A stretch of 55,204 bases of DNA from Pseudobdellovibrionaceae bacterium (GCA_044359815.1 JBIKLL010000010.1:1-55204), one strand, 5' to 3'. Shown: positions 21,262 through 32,096, counted from the first letter of the stretch. Notes: generated by a model from the letters alone, not told the origin. A program made the numbers and translations.

Positions 21262-23309
21262 AACAACCCATCATACTTAGAATTTTCAAAAATGATCAAT
21301 TGCTTGAAGTGAAGCAGTTTGAACGGGATCAGATTATTTTTGGTCAGAATGCAGATGCTCATGTCTATCTGGAGGATTCTCAAGTATCACCGATCCATTG
21401 CCTGATCGAACTTCGTGATAAGGGTTATTATATTTGTGATTTGGGATCCAGCTCTGGAACTTTGAAAAACGGTCAACCTGTTTTAGATGATCAGATTCAA
21501 TCGGGAGACAATCTTGAGGTCGGCAGTTTCAAAGTGCAGTTTTTCGTAGGTGTGCCTAAGCCTAAAGCGGTTCCTGAAGAAACTCAGACCAAGACTCCAA
21601 TTGTAGAACGACCGAAAGTCGCAAAAATTAAGGATCTGACTCCGCCCAAGGAGGACACTCTGACTCCAACGGCTATTCCTGTTTCCAAGCGGAATCAGTC
21701 GCCAGCAGCTCCTCCGATTCAGAATGTTAAATCTCAGTCAAAAACGCCAATAGCTCCGTTAAAACATTCGACGAAAACTTTTGCTCCCGGTAGCGAGATC
21801 AAAGATCTTAGGACTTATCTGCGACCGACAAAGGGTAATGTGCTTGAAGTTATTGTCAGTTGGAAAGAGCGTGTCGTTGATAGTTATCATTTCAGACCTG
21901 GTTTGGATACCAGTCCCAATAAAATTATTTTGTTAGGCAGTGCTGAAAATTCGGATATTAAAGTCCCACCTAATTTTATTCGCGGAAATATGCAGTTCAT
22001 AGACTTTGCAGGTGGCTGCAGGGTCAATGCACCTATTGAAATGCTGCCAGAATTTATTTTGGGCAATCATCAAATCATGAAGATTGAAGACGGCCTACGA
22101 TCAGGACGGGCCACCCGTTCACCGATGGGTCACACGCTAAAGCTTGAACAGGGCGAAATGATTTGCTTGTCGTTTAGCGGTGGAACCTTGCAGTTATACA
22201 TTCGGTGGGTACCTCCGACTCCAATTCCACTGATGTCATCGCCTTTAGATCTGGCAGCTGGTGAAATAGCTTCGATTATTTTCTCGATGGTGATGTCGAT
22301 GCTGGTGTACTTTGCAGTCACAACTTACGTCCCACCTGAAGTGGAAAAGCCCAAAGAAGATCAGCTGAGGCTTGCGCAGTTTATTTACAACAAACCCAAA
22401 AACGAACCCATTGTTCCGACGACAGTTACAACTTTAGCGCCAATTCAAGTTCCAGAAAGAGCTCCGACAACAACCCAGGTTGTTAAAGTAAATATGTCAG
22501 AAAAAGACAACTCAAAAGCAAAAACTCCCAGCACTCAGGCTGTCAAAAAGCAAGAGGCCGCAAAAGCTGCTGAGGTCATGGCAAAACCAACCAAAGTTGA
22601 TCGTCCCAAAAAATTCACGGCGGTTAAATCTGGTGGAGCTCAAAAAATGGGTGAAGCTGCAGGCGCCAATGCCCAAGCTAAAGACGTTTCAAAAGAAGGT
22701 CTGCTAGCTGCATTTGGATCGGGTGGAATGCGAAAAACTTTGGATCAAGCTTACAGTGGTTCAGGTCAATTGTTAGGAATGGCCAATGAAGCCACTGGAA
22801 AATCTGGAATGAATGAAAACCGTGCTGGTGATGATATTGGGTCAAAATTTAAAGACACAGGAGCCGGTGGTAAAGGCACAGCGACTCAAGGTATTGCTGG
22901 CGTAGGAACCAAGGGTAAAGGCTCTGGCATGAGCACCTATGGTGGTGGGGTTGGTTTGGGTGGAAAAGACTCAGTCAATATCGATGCTGGTGGTACCGAG
23001 GAAGCGTTTGTTGGAAGTATTGACCGTGAAGCTGTTCGTAGAAAAATCAGATCTATATTGAACCAGTTAAAAAATTGCTACGAAAGACAATTGCGAGTCA
23101 CATCAGGGCTTGAGGGTAAAGTTGTGATTCAGTTTGAAATCGAAGAGCAAGGCCGAGTTCGCTCTGCTAAGCCTTTGACTTCCAGTTTGAACAACGCCGC
23201 AGTTGAAAACTGTGTGGCGGCCAGAATTAAGGAAACTCGCTTTCCAGAGCCGCCACCGGGAACAGTGGCCGTTGTTGATTACCCGTTTGTATTTGGAGCA
23301 CAAAGATAA
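21258..23309 (+). CDS. gltG: FHA + TM + Gly-rich + TonB-C (AgmX/PglI-type) protein, GltG-like
   Basis: N-terminal FHA (VSPIHC, DLGSSSGT), single TM, Gly-rich linker, C-terminal CYER...GKV...G.V...C...FPEP..G...V.YPFVF. Confidence 0.82.
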   Translation: MKQPIILRIFKNDQLLEVKQFERDQIIFGQNADAHVYLEDSQVSPIHCLIELRDKGYYICDLGSSSGTLKNGQPVLDDQIQSGDNLEVGSFKVQFFVGVPKPKAVPEETQTKTPIVERPKVAKIKDLTPPKEDTLTPTAIPVSKRNQSPAAPPIQNVKSQSKTPIAPLKHSTKTFAPGSEIKDLRTYLRPTKGNVLEVIVSWKERVVDSYHFRPGLDTSPNKIILLGSAENSDIKVPPNFIRGNMQFIDFAGGCRVNAPIEMLPEFILGNHQIMKIEDGLRSGRATRSPMGHTLKLEQGEMICLSFSGGTLQLYIRWVPPTPIPLMSSPLDLAAGEIASIIFSMVMSMLVYFAVTTYVPPEVEKPKEDQLRLAQFIYNKPKNEPIVPTTVTTLAPIQVPERAPTTTQVVKVNMSEKDNSKAKTPSTQAVKKQEAAKAAEVMAKPTKVDRPKKFTAVKSGGAQKMGEAAGANAQAKDVSKEGLLAAFGSGGMRKTLDQAYSGSGQLLGMANEATGKSGMNENRAGDDIGSKFKDTGAGGKGTATQGIAGVGTKGKGSGMSTYGGGVGLGGKDSVNIDAGGTEEAFVGSIDREAVRRKIRSILNQLKNCYERQLRVTSGLEGKVVIQFEIEEQGRVRSAKPLTSSLNNAAVENCVAARIKETRFPEPPPGTVAVVDYPFVFGAQR

Positions 23310-23340
23310 TTAACCTAGCAATTTGCTAGAGGAGGAATTT

Positions 23341-24018
23341 ATGAATGAAGTAGCAGCAACCGTCGTCTCAAGCGACAACATGCCGTTTCTACAAAAGGCA
23401 TTTGTTGATGGTGGCGCGGTTATGTACGTTATTTTAATCTTGGCTATATTGACAGTTCTTCTGGTCGTTGAAAGATTTTCGACCATGAGCAAGCTGATCG
23501 TGAATAAGAAAGATTTCACTGACAACATTTACGGAATGATTCTTAGGGGAGATATCCGCCAAGCCATTTCGTTTTGTGACAGCCGACCAGCCAGTTTATC
23601 ATTGGTTATGAAATCAGGCTTAGTCCAAGTTTTGAACCGACGTCCTGATGAAGAAATTCAGGTAGCAATGGATGCGGCCGTTTTACGTGAAACTCCAAAG
23701 CTTGAAGGCTGGAGTTCGTTTCTTGCGGTGACAGGTAATGTGGCCGTGTTGGCAGGGTTGTTGGGAACTATCATAGGTATGATTCAATCATTCGAAGCGG
23801 TTGCAAATGCGGATCCAGCAGAAAAAGCAACTAAGCTTTCGCAAGGTATCGCGCACGCTTTGAATTGTACGGGATTCGGTCTTTTGGTTGCGATTATTTC
23901 AATTGTGGCGTTTGGATATTTTCAGCTTCGCATTCAGCGCGCAGAAAATGACATGATTGAAGGTTCTATGAGTCTGTTGAATCTGGTGGTAGCTAACCGA
24001 GACAAACTGAAAGAGTAA
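23341..24018 (+). CDS. aglR: MotA/TolQ/ExbB proton channel, AglR-like
   Basis: GLLGTIIGMIQSF and GIAHALNCTGFGL; GAGGAGG SD before ATG 23341. Confidence 0.85.
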   Translation: MNEVAATVVSSDNMPFLQKAFVDGGAVMYVILILAILTVLLVVERFSTMSKLIVNKKDFTDNIYGMILRGDIRQAISFCDSRPASLSLVMKSGLVQVLNRRPDEEIQVAMDAAVLRETPKLEGWSSFLAVTGNVAVLAGLLGTIIGMIQSFEAVANADPAEKATKLSQGIAHALNCTGFGLLVAIISIVAFGYFQLRIQRAENDMIEGSMSLLNLVVANRDKLKE

Positions 24019-24021
24019 AAA

Positions 24022-24495
24022 ATGGGACAAGTATCTACTGGTGGTGGTGGCAGAAAAAACATAGCGGTTGAACTGAATCTGGTTCCATTCATCGATTTGA
24101 TGAGTGTGTTGATTACGTTTTTGTTGATCACAGCAGTATGGACTCAGGTATCAATGATTCAAGTTGGTAATTCCATTTATGGTAAAAAAAATAATGACGA
24201 GCCGGTGAAGCCTCCTCCGCAAGCCGATGTTCCCATTAAATTAGATATTATATCTGGCGGTTATCGTTTGCAGATTGGTCCCAAGACAATAACTTTGCCA
24301 GTAGTTAATGGTGAGTTTGATGAAATGGGTTTAATGACTCAGTTGCAAGCTGCCAAAGAGAAATACCCCGAAAAAGTAGACGCAGCCATTGCGATGCAGG
24401 ACGATTTACCTTACGAAAGACTGATTAAGGGTATGGACATAATGCTGAAGACTGATTTTACTGCCATATCTGTGCTAACTGGGGGGCCCAAGTAA
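24022..24495 (+). CDS. aglQ: ExbD/TolR-family motor subunit, AglQ-like
   Basis: ELNLVPFIDLMSVLITFLL retains the conserved TM Asp. Confidence 0.8.
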   Translation: MGQVSTGGGGRKNIAVELNLVPFIDLMSVLITFLLITAVWTQVSMIQVGNSIYGKKNNDEPVKPPPQADVPIKLDIISGGYRLQIGPKTITLPVVNGEFDEMGLMTQLQAAKEKYPEKVDAAIAMQDDLPYERLIKGMDIMLKTDFTAISVLTGGPK

Positions 24496-25076
24496 TGCCG
24501 ATTCATCATCCGGGAACCAAATTCAGGCACAGTAAAATTCTGAGTAAGCGTAAAGGAAAAAGGGAACTTGTTGCATTGCTGTCTCTTACAGCGATGGTGG
24601 ACATGTTCACAGTGTTAGTGATTTTCTTGTTACAAAACTACAATGCTACTGGTCAGGTGATTTACATCCCTAAAGACGTTACTCTGCCAAAGGCTGAAAA
24701 AATCAAAGAACTTATGCCAGCCATAGTCGTGACCATATCCAACAAAGAAATTCTGATTGATAAAAATCCAGTGATAACCTTTCAAGCCCTGTCTGCTCAG
24801 CAAGAGTGGATGGTCGTGCCGCTTTTTACCCAGATGGTAGAAGCGTTGAAAAAAGCTCGTGAAGAATATGAATTCAAATTACAAAATCAGATACAAAAAG
24901 CTGTTGTGAACGCTCGAGGTGAAAAGGGCCAAGAGCAAACTCCTTGGAACAAAGTCACCATACAGGCTGATAAAGGAATGGATTTTTTGTCTGTTAAAAA
25001 GATCATGTATACAGTCACAGAAGCCGGCGCTGGCGAAATCAACTTTGCCGTGACAAAACAAACTAACTCGGAGTAG
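24495..25076 (+). CDS. aglS: ExbD/TolR-family motor subunit, AglS-like
   Basis: LTAMVDMFTVLVIFLL with the conserved Asp; IQADK...VKKIMYT. Confidence 0.8.
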   Translation: MPIHHPGTKFRHSKILSKRKGKRELVALLSLTAMVDMFTVLVIFLLQNYNATGQVIYIPKDVTLPKAEKIKELMPAIVVTISNKEILIDKNPVITFQALSAQQEWMVVPLFTQMVEALKKAREEYEFKLQNQIQKAVVNARGEKGQEQTPWNKVTIQADKGMDFLSVKKIMYTVTEAGAGEINFAVTKQTNSE

Positions 25077-25097
25077 TTTGGCTCAAGGTTTTGAGTC

Positions 25098-26057
25098 ATG
25101 AAAAAATATTTAAACATTTTCTTTTTTATCTGTCTGGCGGTTTTGTTCATCGAAATCTTGCTGGGCTTTCCGGGTATTATTGAAAACGAAGAAGAAAAGC
25201 TGCGCAGTGCTCATTTGATTGAAACCAATGAAGTTCAAGCTCAACAAAAAATGCAAGGGGTGCATTTGGTTGAAAGCCAATCAGGGGTTAGGGATTGGGA
25301 ATTATTTTCTGAGTCTGCAGAGGGGCAGCAGGGGCAGGGAAAATGGGAACTCAAAAAGGTCAAAGTTAATTTTTATTCAAAAGATAAAGTGGATTTTGTG
25401 ATCACAGGAAAAAGTGGATTGATCGACACAAAAACCAAAGACTTTGAAATTTTCGGTCAGGTTAAAGTCATTTCACAAAACGGTTACAATTTGGATTCAG
25501 AGCGCATAACTTATCGAGCTCTGGAAAGAATCATAAGAAGTCCTGGTAAGGTCAAAATGATCGGACCTGCAGATGAAAACGCAAAAGGAATTTCTGTAAT
25601 TGGCAATGAAATGGAAACCGATGTTGATGCCGGCGTGATGAGTTTAAAATCTGACGTCGAGGCAAAAAAAATGATGGCCGATGGTAAAGCCATTTCTATA
25701 AAAAGCGAAATCGCAGAGTTTTCTTCCAAATCAAATTCTGTTCGGTTTTTGAAAAACGTAAATTTAAATATCAATCAGATGAGACTGGAAGGGCCAGAAG
25801 CAAAATTTCAATATGACTCTGTTGGTAAATCCCTAGAAAGCATTCAAGTGGTTGGTGGGGCCAAAATTTCAGATTTTGACAAGTTCGCAACCAGTGATAC
25901 GGCCAGTTTTTTGCCAAAAGAAAACAAGTTTGTCCTGAATGGCAAACCTAGAGTGGTGCAAAACAGTGATGAAATTTTGGGCGAAGTAATTACTTTTTTA
26001 AATGGCGGAAAGAAAGTGAAAGTCCAAAATATACGTGCTAAAATCGACAAAGAATGA
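25098..26057 (+). CDS. lptC: LPS export protein, probable LptC-LptA fusion
   Basis: N-terminal TM, LptC-like jellyroll (WEL.S..A, ITGKSG), second LptA-like jellyroll ([17 protein letters not shown]); directly before lptB. Confidence 0.75.
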   Translation: MKKYLNIFFFICLAVLFIEILLGFPGIIENEEEKLRSAHLIETNEVQAQQKMQGVHLVESQSGVRDWELFSESAEGQQGQGKWELKKVKVNFYSKDKVDFVITGKSGLIDTKTKDFEIFGQVKVISQNGYNLDSERITYRALERIIRSPGKVKMIGPADENAKGISVIGNEMETDVDAGVMSLKSDVEAKKMMADGKAISIKSEIAEFSSKSNSVRFLKNVNLNINQMRLEGPEAKFQYDSVGKSLESIQVVGGAKISDFDKFATSDTASFLPKENKFVLNGKPRVVQNSDEILGEVITFLNGGKKVKVQNIRAKIDKE

Positions 26058-26776
26058 GTCATTTAAGTGCTATTAACATTTCTAAATCTTATAAAAAACG
26101 ACAGGTCGTAAAAGACGTTTCCTTTGACATTCAGTCAGGACAGGTCGTTGGCCTTTTGGGGCCAAATGGTGCGGGGAAAACCACTAGCTTTTATATGGTG
26201 GTAGGTTTGGTAAAACCTGACTCTGGCGAAATCAAATTGGATGATCAGTCAATCGGCACCGATCCGATGCATGTTAGGGCCCGACATGGTTTGAGCTATC
26301 TGGCGCAAGAGCCCAGCATTTTTAGAAAGCTCACAGTTGAAGAAAATATTTTGGTAGCTCTTGAGGCCCATGGTTTTTCCTCAGTTTCCAAAGCCGAAAA
26401 ACTAGAGGTTCTGTTGCAAGACTTTAGACTGTCCCACATCCGCGAAAGTTTCGGATATTCACTATCAGGCGGCGAACGCAGAAGGGTTGAGATCGCTCGA
26501 GCTTTGGCTGCGACGCCCAAGTTTTTATTGTTGGATGAGCCCTTCGCTGGGATTGACCCTATTGCTGTTGCAGACATTCAGGAAATCGTCAGAAAGCTAA
26601 AAGCCCTAGGAATAGGGGTCTTGATAACAGATCACAACGTCAGGGAAACTTTGGGCATTTGTGATCGGGCCTACATACTTAAGGACGGGATTATTCAAGT
26701 TAAAGGAACGGCACAAGAAATTACTAATTCTGAACTAGCTAAAAAGTTTTATTTAGGCGAAAATTTTAAGTTGTAA
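26054..26776 (+). CDS. lptB: LPS export ABC ATPase
   Basis: [61 protein letters not shown]. Confidence 0.98.
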   Translation: MSHLSAINISKSYKKRQVVKDVSFDIQSGQVVGLLGPNGAGKTTSFYMVVGLVKPDSGEIKLDDQSIGTDPMHVRARHGLSYLAQEPSIFRKLTVEENILVALEAHGFSSVSKAEKLEVLLQDFRLSHIRESFGYSLSGGERRRVEIARALAATPKFLLLDEPFAGIDPIAVADIQEIVRKLKALGIGVLITDHNVRETLGICDRAYILKDGIIQVKGTAQEITNSELAKKFYLGENFKL

Positions 26777-26786
26777 GGGAAATTAA

Positions 26787-28205
26787 ATGTCTCAAATGCG
26801 CCAGACCATGAATCTTAGCCAGACCCTGCGGATGACTCCGCAGCTGCAGCAGGCAATTAAGTTATTGCAACTGTCGCGCATGGAGCTTGAGACTGCCATT
26901 CGCAAAGAGCTGGACGAAAATCCCATTCTGGATGAAGCCCAAGAGCTAAAAGAAGAAGACCGTCTGCGCACTAAAGAAGCGGCGACAGAGGTTGAACCAA
27001 CAGAAGGTGGCAATGGCCAGGATCCCAGACAAGACGAATTTGAATGGGAAAGTTATTTAGAAAATCAGTTCAAACAAACTCACAATAACTTCAGTGGCAA
27101 CGAAGAAATCATGAATTACGAAAACGTGATTTCAACAACGACAACGATGCATGATCACCTGAGCTGGCAATTAAAAATGGGTGGATTTTCTGAAGAGGAA
27201 ATTGGGCTGCTGGAAATTTTAATTCAGTATCTGGATGATGATGGGTATTTGCTGACCCCTATGGATGAAGTTGCAGCTAATGAAAACGTCACAGCTCAGG
27301 ACCTGTTAGATGTTTTGCCGTTTTTGCAAGAGCTTGATCCACCAGGTGTGGGGGCCCGTGATCTGAAAGAATGTTTGTTGATCCAGGCCAAGCATCTGGA
27401 AGAAGACACAAATGATTTAGTGAACGTAATAAATAATCATTTGAAAGATCTCGAGAAGAAAAACTATGACGGCATTGCCAAGGCTACGAATCGAGATATT
27501 AAGGAAGTCATAGATATTTGCAAAATAATTTTGTCCATGGATCCCAAGCCGGGTCGAGTGTTTGCAGCCACTGATACCCAATATGTAATGCCAGATGTTT
27601 ATGTTTATAAGGTTGGCGACGACTACATGGTTTCATTAAATGAAGACGGTTTACCCAGACTAAAAATTTCGAATTTTTATAAGAATATGCTCAAAGGCAA
27701 AAGCAACGAAAAAACACAAGACTACATCCAAGAGAAACTCAGGTCTGCGGTTTGGTTGATTAAATCCATTCACCAGCGACAAAGAACAATTTATAAAGTC
27801 ACAGAAAGCATCGTTAAGCATCAGCGCGAATTTTTGGATAAGGGAACGGGCTTTATAAAACCTATGGTACTAAGAGACATCGCAAACGATATTGGAATGC
27901 ATGAATCCACTGTCAGCCGTGTTACCACTTCAAAATATGTGCACACGCCTCAGGGGATTTTTGAACTGAAGTATTTTTTCAATTCTGGAATCTCTACATC
28001 AGATGGCGAATCACTGGCATCAGAGTCTGTTAAGCTGAAAATCAAAGAACTCATCAACAAAGAAAATGCCAAAGATCCATTGTCTGATCAGCAGTTGGTA
28101 GATTTGTTGAAAAAAGACGGAATCCAAATCGCTCGAAGGACAGTCGCAAAATACCGTGACGTGCTGAAAATTTTGCCGTCCAGCAGAAGAAAAAAAATGT
28201 TTTGA
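26787..28205 (+). CDS. rpoN: RNA polymerase sigma-54 factor
   Basis: MTPQLQQAIKLLQL, DPPGVGAR, HESTVSRVT, RpoN box ARRTVAKYR. Confidence 0.99.
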   Translation: MSQMRQTMNLSQTLRMTPQLQQAIKLLQLSRMELETAIRKELDENPILDEAQELKEEDRLRTKEAATEVEPTEGGNGQDPRQDEFEWESYLENQFKQTHNNFSGNEEIMNYENVISTTTTMHDHLSWQLKMGGFSEEEIGLLEILIQYLDDDGYLLTPMDEVAANENVTAQDLLDVLPFLQELDPPGVGARDLKECLLIQAKHLEEDTNDLVNVINNHLKDLEKKNYDGIAKATNRDIKEVIDICKIILSMDPKPGRVFAATDTQYVMPDVYVYKVGDDYMVSLNEDGLPRLKISNFYKNMLKGKSNEKTQDYIQEKLRSAVWLIKSIHQRQRTIYKVTESIVKHQREFLDKGTGFIKPMVLRDIANDIGMHESTVSRVTTSKYVHTPQGIFELKYFFNSGISTSDGESLASESVKLKIKELINKENAKDPLSDQQLVDLLKKDGIQIARRTVAKYRDVLKILPSSRRKKMF

Positions 28206-28503
28206 CCCAGTGTATGGAGTGATCGCTCTGGCACTACTAATACGGTTTTTTGAAATTCGAAATTGTGGATATCAAGACCAAATCCCTGATTTTTCTTAAA
28301 CACTTTCATTCAACGAAAATTAAAAATATTCTCATTTTTGCTTATCACATTTGAAAATTTTGGATCGTTTTGAGCGATTCCGATCATTACAGGAGGTTGT
28401 GTTTGGATTTCAGATTTCAAATCTATTTAAGGTATTTTGGCTTTTCTAAGTCGTTTTTAATAAATTGTTTGTCATCGGATACTAATCAGCCTCAGGTTAA
28501 TGG

Positions 28504-28532
28504 AACCGAGTTTCTAAGGGCTCGGTTGTTTT
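28504..28532 (+). terminator. Terminator-like hairpin
   Basis: AACCGAGTTT-CTAA-GGGCTCGGTT (3 G.U pairs) followed by GTTTT. Confidence 0.4.
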
Positions 28533-28631
28533 AAAATCCCAGGGTTAGCCCACTGCTAGTTTGGTGAAAAATTTCAAATTTAATGACAGAGCTACCCTAA
28601 ACGGCACTTTTAGACTAGTAGTGTCAAACCT

Positions 28632-28967
28632 ATGAAGACACTAGCAATAACCGCAATTTTAACCGCCGCCATTATCTGTGAAGCCTCTGAATTCAATTGC
28701 AAGCCAATTGACGCCGGAAAACGCGACAGAATGACCATTGATACCTCAAATGGGAAAGCCTCGGTCTTTAATGGCAAATACTGGTCCTCGCTTGAACAAG
28801 AGGATTTTCGTGTAAGCAATCTAAGTGTGCCAGAGCCTGTTTATACGTTCAAAGGTTTGGATGTCTTTAGGGATTCTGAAATCACCATCCGCTTTAATGA
28901 GCTTAAGCTTATTGCTGAAGTTTACGTGGGTGATTCCAGAGCCTTGAATTTTCAATGCATTGATTGA
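28632..28967 (+). CDS. Hypothetical secreted protein
   Basis: 111 aa with an N-terminal signal peptide and Cys residues near both ends of the mature chain. Confidence 0.65.
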   Translation: MKTLAITAILTAAIICEASEFNCKPIDAGKRDRMTIDTSNGKASVFNGKYWSSLEQEDFRVSNLSVPEPVYTFKGLDVFRDSEITIRFNELKLIAEVYVGDSRALNFQCID

Positions 28968-28993
28968 TCTGCACTTAATCTTCAGTCCATCAG

Positions 28994-29029
28994 CGGCAGG
29001 CTACAAAATTTAAATTCTGCAGCCTACTG
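28994..29029 (-). terminator. Hairpin between convergent genes, favoured on the potD transcript
   Basis: Imperfect palindrome with 18-nt arms; three A.C mismatches on the plus strand become G.U pairs on the minus strand. Confidence 0.45.
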
Positions 29030-29040
29030 GCGCGAGCTAA

Positions 29041-30105
29041 TTACTTAGAAGTTTTAATCTGAGTCCAAAGATCATCATAAAGCTGGGTCTGGTCGCCCAA
29101 ATCCTGAATCTTTTCCAGTCGTGACATGGTTTCAGCTGGAGGAAATAACCCTGCATTGGATTGAACATCAGCTGGCAAAAGAGCTTTAGTTCCCTTTAAT
29201 ACAGGTCCAACCATCAGATTTTTAACAAAAACCAAATTGCTTTCTTGGCTTAAAAAGTAATTAATCAGCTCGTGTGCTTCAGTCAGATTTTTTGCCCCTT
29301 TAACAACAACTAAATTGTCGATTGCCCTGGTCGCCCCATCAGTTGGGATAATATACTCGATTTTACCGTTAGTGCGTTTTTGCGCCTGCAGAGCATCTGG
29401 TGAATATGTTTGGGCTACAGCCACTTCCTTATTAACTAAATTATCAATAGTGTCCGATGAAAACAGCTTCACTCTGGATTTAACCTCCAGCAAAGTTTTT
29501 TTGGCTTTATCAAGCTCGCCCTTATTTACCGTGTTAACGCTGTAGCCATGCATTTTAAGAGCCGCTGCCGTGACTTCGCGAACATCATCCAATAATGACA
29601 GTTTGCCTTTGAGTTCTTTGTTTTCAAAAACGTCTTTCCAAGATTTTATGGTGCCCTTAAAAATTTCCCGATTGATGGCAATGCCTGCAGTCGACCAAGC
29701 GTACGGCAAAGAATATTTATTTTCAGAATCAAAGCTCTGTTTCAACCAAGCTTCATCAATCAAAGATTTGTTGGGGATTTTTGTCGAATCAAGGGGCTCT
29801 AGCAAACTGGATTTTGCCATGATTTCAACCATGTAATCAGACGGAACCGCCACATCAAAACCCGAAGCGCCGCTTTGAACTTTGGCCAAAAGTTCTTCGT
29901 TAGATGAATAGTTTGTAATGTTTAATTTGATCCCAGTTTGTTTTTGGAACTTTTCTTCTGATTCCTTGGCCAAATAATTTCCCCAGATAGCCAGATTAAC
30001 CTCTCGCGGTTTGCCAGCGGCAGTGGTTTGGTTTTCTGATTTTTTTGAATCGCATCCAGCAGTCAAAAAAGAAAAAGCTATAACCATTAAAATCAGGGTT
30101 TTCAT
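29041..30105 (-). CDS. potD: Spermidine/putrescine ABC substrate-binding lipoprotein
   Basis: Lipobox TAGC; WGNY, YSSNEEL, FDVAVPSDY, YSLPYAW, LLDDVRE. Confidence 0.92.
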   Translation of the reverse strand: MKTLILMVIAFSFLTAGCDSKKSENQTTAAGKPREVNLAIWGNYLAKESEEKFQKQTGIKLNITNYSSNEELLAKVQSGASGFDVAVPSDYMVEIMAKSSLLEPLDSTKIPNKSLIDEAWLKQSFDSENKYSLPYAWSTAGIAINREIFKGTIKSWKDVFENKELKGKLSLLDDVREVTAAALKMHGYSVNTVNKGELDKAKKTLLEVKSRVKLFSSDTIDNLVNKEVAVAQTYSPDALQAQKRTNGKIEYIIPTDGATRAIDNLVVVKGAKNLTEAHELINYFLSQESNLVFVKNLMVGPVLKGTKALLPADVQSNAGLFPPAETMSRLEKIQDLGDQTQLYDDLWTQIKTSK

Positions 30106-30134
30106 TTTGCTCCTTTTTAGTATAGAAAAGTTAA

Positions 30135-31217
30135 ATGTTAAATATCGTAAATCTAAAAAAAGAATTCATAAATGCTACGACAGCAATTTACAACTTAAAT
30201 TTAACAATCAATGAAGGCGAATTTTTCTCGCTTTTGGGTCCCAGTGGCTGTGGCAAAACAACTCTACTCAGAATCATTGCAGGGCTTGAGGTCGCTACTT
30301 CGGGTGAAATCAGACTCAATCAAGAGCGCATTGATCTGTCGCCTCCGCAAAAAAGGCCTTTTAATTTGGTTTTTCAGAAATACGCTCTTTTTCCCCATTT
30401 AAGTGTTTTTGAAAATGTCGCTTTTGGGCTCAGAAATAAAAAACTCCCCGAAGTCGAAATTTCTAAACGGGTGGAAGAAACTCTGAAATTGGTAAACATG
30501 GGACATTTGAAGGATCGATTTCCAGAAACCCTTTCTGGTGGCCAGGCTCAAAGGGTCGCCTTGGCCAGAGCTCTTGCCAATAAACCTAAAATTTTACTTT
30601 TGGATGAACCCTTGTCGGCGCTGGATTTGAAACTGCGTGAGCATATGCAGATCGAGCTTAAAGCTTTACAGAAAAAGACCGGTTTGACTTTCATCTACGT
30701 GACTCATGATCAGGAAGAAGCTTTTGCCCTGTCTGACAGAATTGCAGTTATGAATGAAGGCAAAATTGAACAGGTGGGTACTCCTGAGCAATTGTACTCT
30801 AATCCCGAGTCTTTGTTTGTGGCGAAGTTTATTGGTCAAATGAGTGGCATCGATGCTGAAATCCAGGAGGTCAATGGCAAGATTGCCAGCTTGAAATCGG
30901 ATCACCACAGTTTCAAATCAACCTTACATTCCAGTTGCCCACTGAATAAGGCAGCCAAGACTTTAACTTTTATCAGACCTGAAAAAATAAATTTGTACAA
31001 ACGGGATGAAAAGCCCTCTGAAGCCCATTTTTTCTTGGCTAAAATCGAAAGCAAAATTTTTAGGGGTGATTGTGTTGAATGGCGTGTGCGCATAGACGAC
31101 AAAACAGTTTTAGCCAGTGTATCGTACGGTGAAGAAATGGATGTTCATCATTTTAAAGTTGATGAAGTCGTGCTGGCAGCATTTGACACTCAAAATGCTA
31201 TGTCGTTTGCCAGGTGA
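30135..31217 (+). CDS. potA: Polyamine ABC ATPase
   Basis: LGPSGCGKTT, VFQKYALFPHL, LSGGQAQRVALARAL, VTHDQEEA, C-terminal TOBE-like region. Confidence 0.92.
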   Translation: MLNIVNLKKEFINATTAIYNLNLTINEGEFFSLLGPSGCGKTTLLRIIAGLEVATSGEIRLNQERIDLSPPQKRPFNLVFQKYALFPHLSVFENVAFGLRNKKLPEVEISKRVEETLKLVNMGHLKDRFPETLSGGQAQRVALARALANKPKILLLDEPLSALDLKLREHMQIELKALQKKTGLTFIYVTHDQEEAFALSDRIAVMNEGKIEQVGTPEQLYSNPESLFVAKFIGQMSGIDAEIQEVNGKIASLKSDHHSFKSTLHSSCPLNKAAKTLTFIRPEKINLYKRDEKPSEAHFFLAKIESKIFRGDCVEWRVRIDDKTVLASVSYGEEMDVHHFKVDEVVLAAFDTQNAMSFAR

Positions 31218-31220
31218 AAA

Positions 31221-32096
31221 ATGAAAATTAAAAACGCAGAAGCTCAACCATTTGATAAACTGTCTAAGCTGAAATGGTCTGGTTGGATTCCGCTGGTCTG
31301 GTATTTTGTATTTTTGGTTTGCCCAGTATTGATCGTCACAGTGTTTTCCTTTTTATCTCGTGGCACTTATGGTGGGATTAAATGGGAGTGGACCTTCGAC
31401 AATTACCTGAGGATTTTCCAAGGTGTTTATCTACAGATTTTTTTTGAAAGCTTAAAACTGTCGGCGTTGACGACAGCTCTTTGTTTGCTGTTGGGGTTCC
31501 CAATGGCATGGGTGATGGCTACTTTTGAATCCAAGTTCAGGCAATTGGCCCTGATATTGATTGCGATTCCGTTTTTAACCAACCTGATCGGTCGGGTGTA
31601 TGCTTTAAAATTGTTTGCAGGTTACGATGGCCCATTAGTGGCAACCCTAGGGTATTTGGGCTTTACCGTTGATCCGCATTCATTCACACACAATGAATTT
31701 ATGGTGATGTATGGGATGGTGGCAAACTATCTGCCATTTATGGTGTTGCCTCTTTTTTCAGGCCTAGAAAAATTTGATTTCACTTTGCTGGAGGCCGCTG
31801 CAGACCTGGGGGCTTCCAGATGGACTATTTTTACTAAAATCATTTTGCCTTGTTCTTTTACCAGCATCTTGACGGGCTCAGTGATGGTGTTCGTGCCTTG
31901 TTTGGGGGAGTTTGTAATCCCTGATTTATTAGGTGGGGCCAAAGCCATGTTGATAGGTAACTTGATCACTGAGCAGTTTTTAAAATCCAGGGATTGGCCT
32001 TTTGGATCTGCTATTTCGGTTTTGCTTTTATTAGTGCTTTCGGTGTCTGCAATCATTTTTATTAAAAGGGTGCATAGTGGAAAAGCGCAGACCTAA
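31221..32096 (+). CDS. potB: Polyamine ABC permease
   Basis: YLPFMVLP, LEAAADLGA (EAA motif), IPDLLGG, RDWPFGSA. Confidence 0.9.
   Translation: MKIKNAEAQPFDKLSKLKWSGWIPLVWYFVFLVCPVLIVTVFSFLSRGTYGGIKWEWTFDNYLRIFQGVYLQIFFESLKLSALTTALCLLLGFPMAWVMATFESKFRQLALILIAIPFLTNLIGRVYALKLFAGYDGPLVATLGYLGFTVDPHSFTHNEFMVMYGMVANYLPFMVLPLFSGLEKFDFTLLEAAADLGASRWTIFTKIILPCSFTSILTGSVMVFVPCLGEFVIPDLLGGAKAMLIGNLITEQFLKSRDWPFGSAISVLLLLVLSVSAIIFIKRVHSGKAQT

Noticed and set aside
22620..23000. Gly-rich repetitive stretch in gltG
   Set aside because: This is the expected linker of GltG/AgmX-type proteins, not a DNA repeat element.
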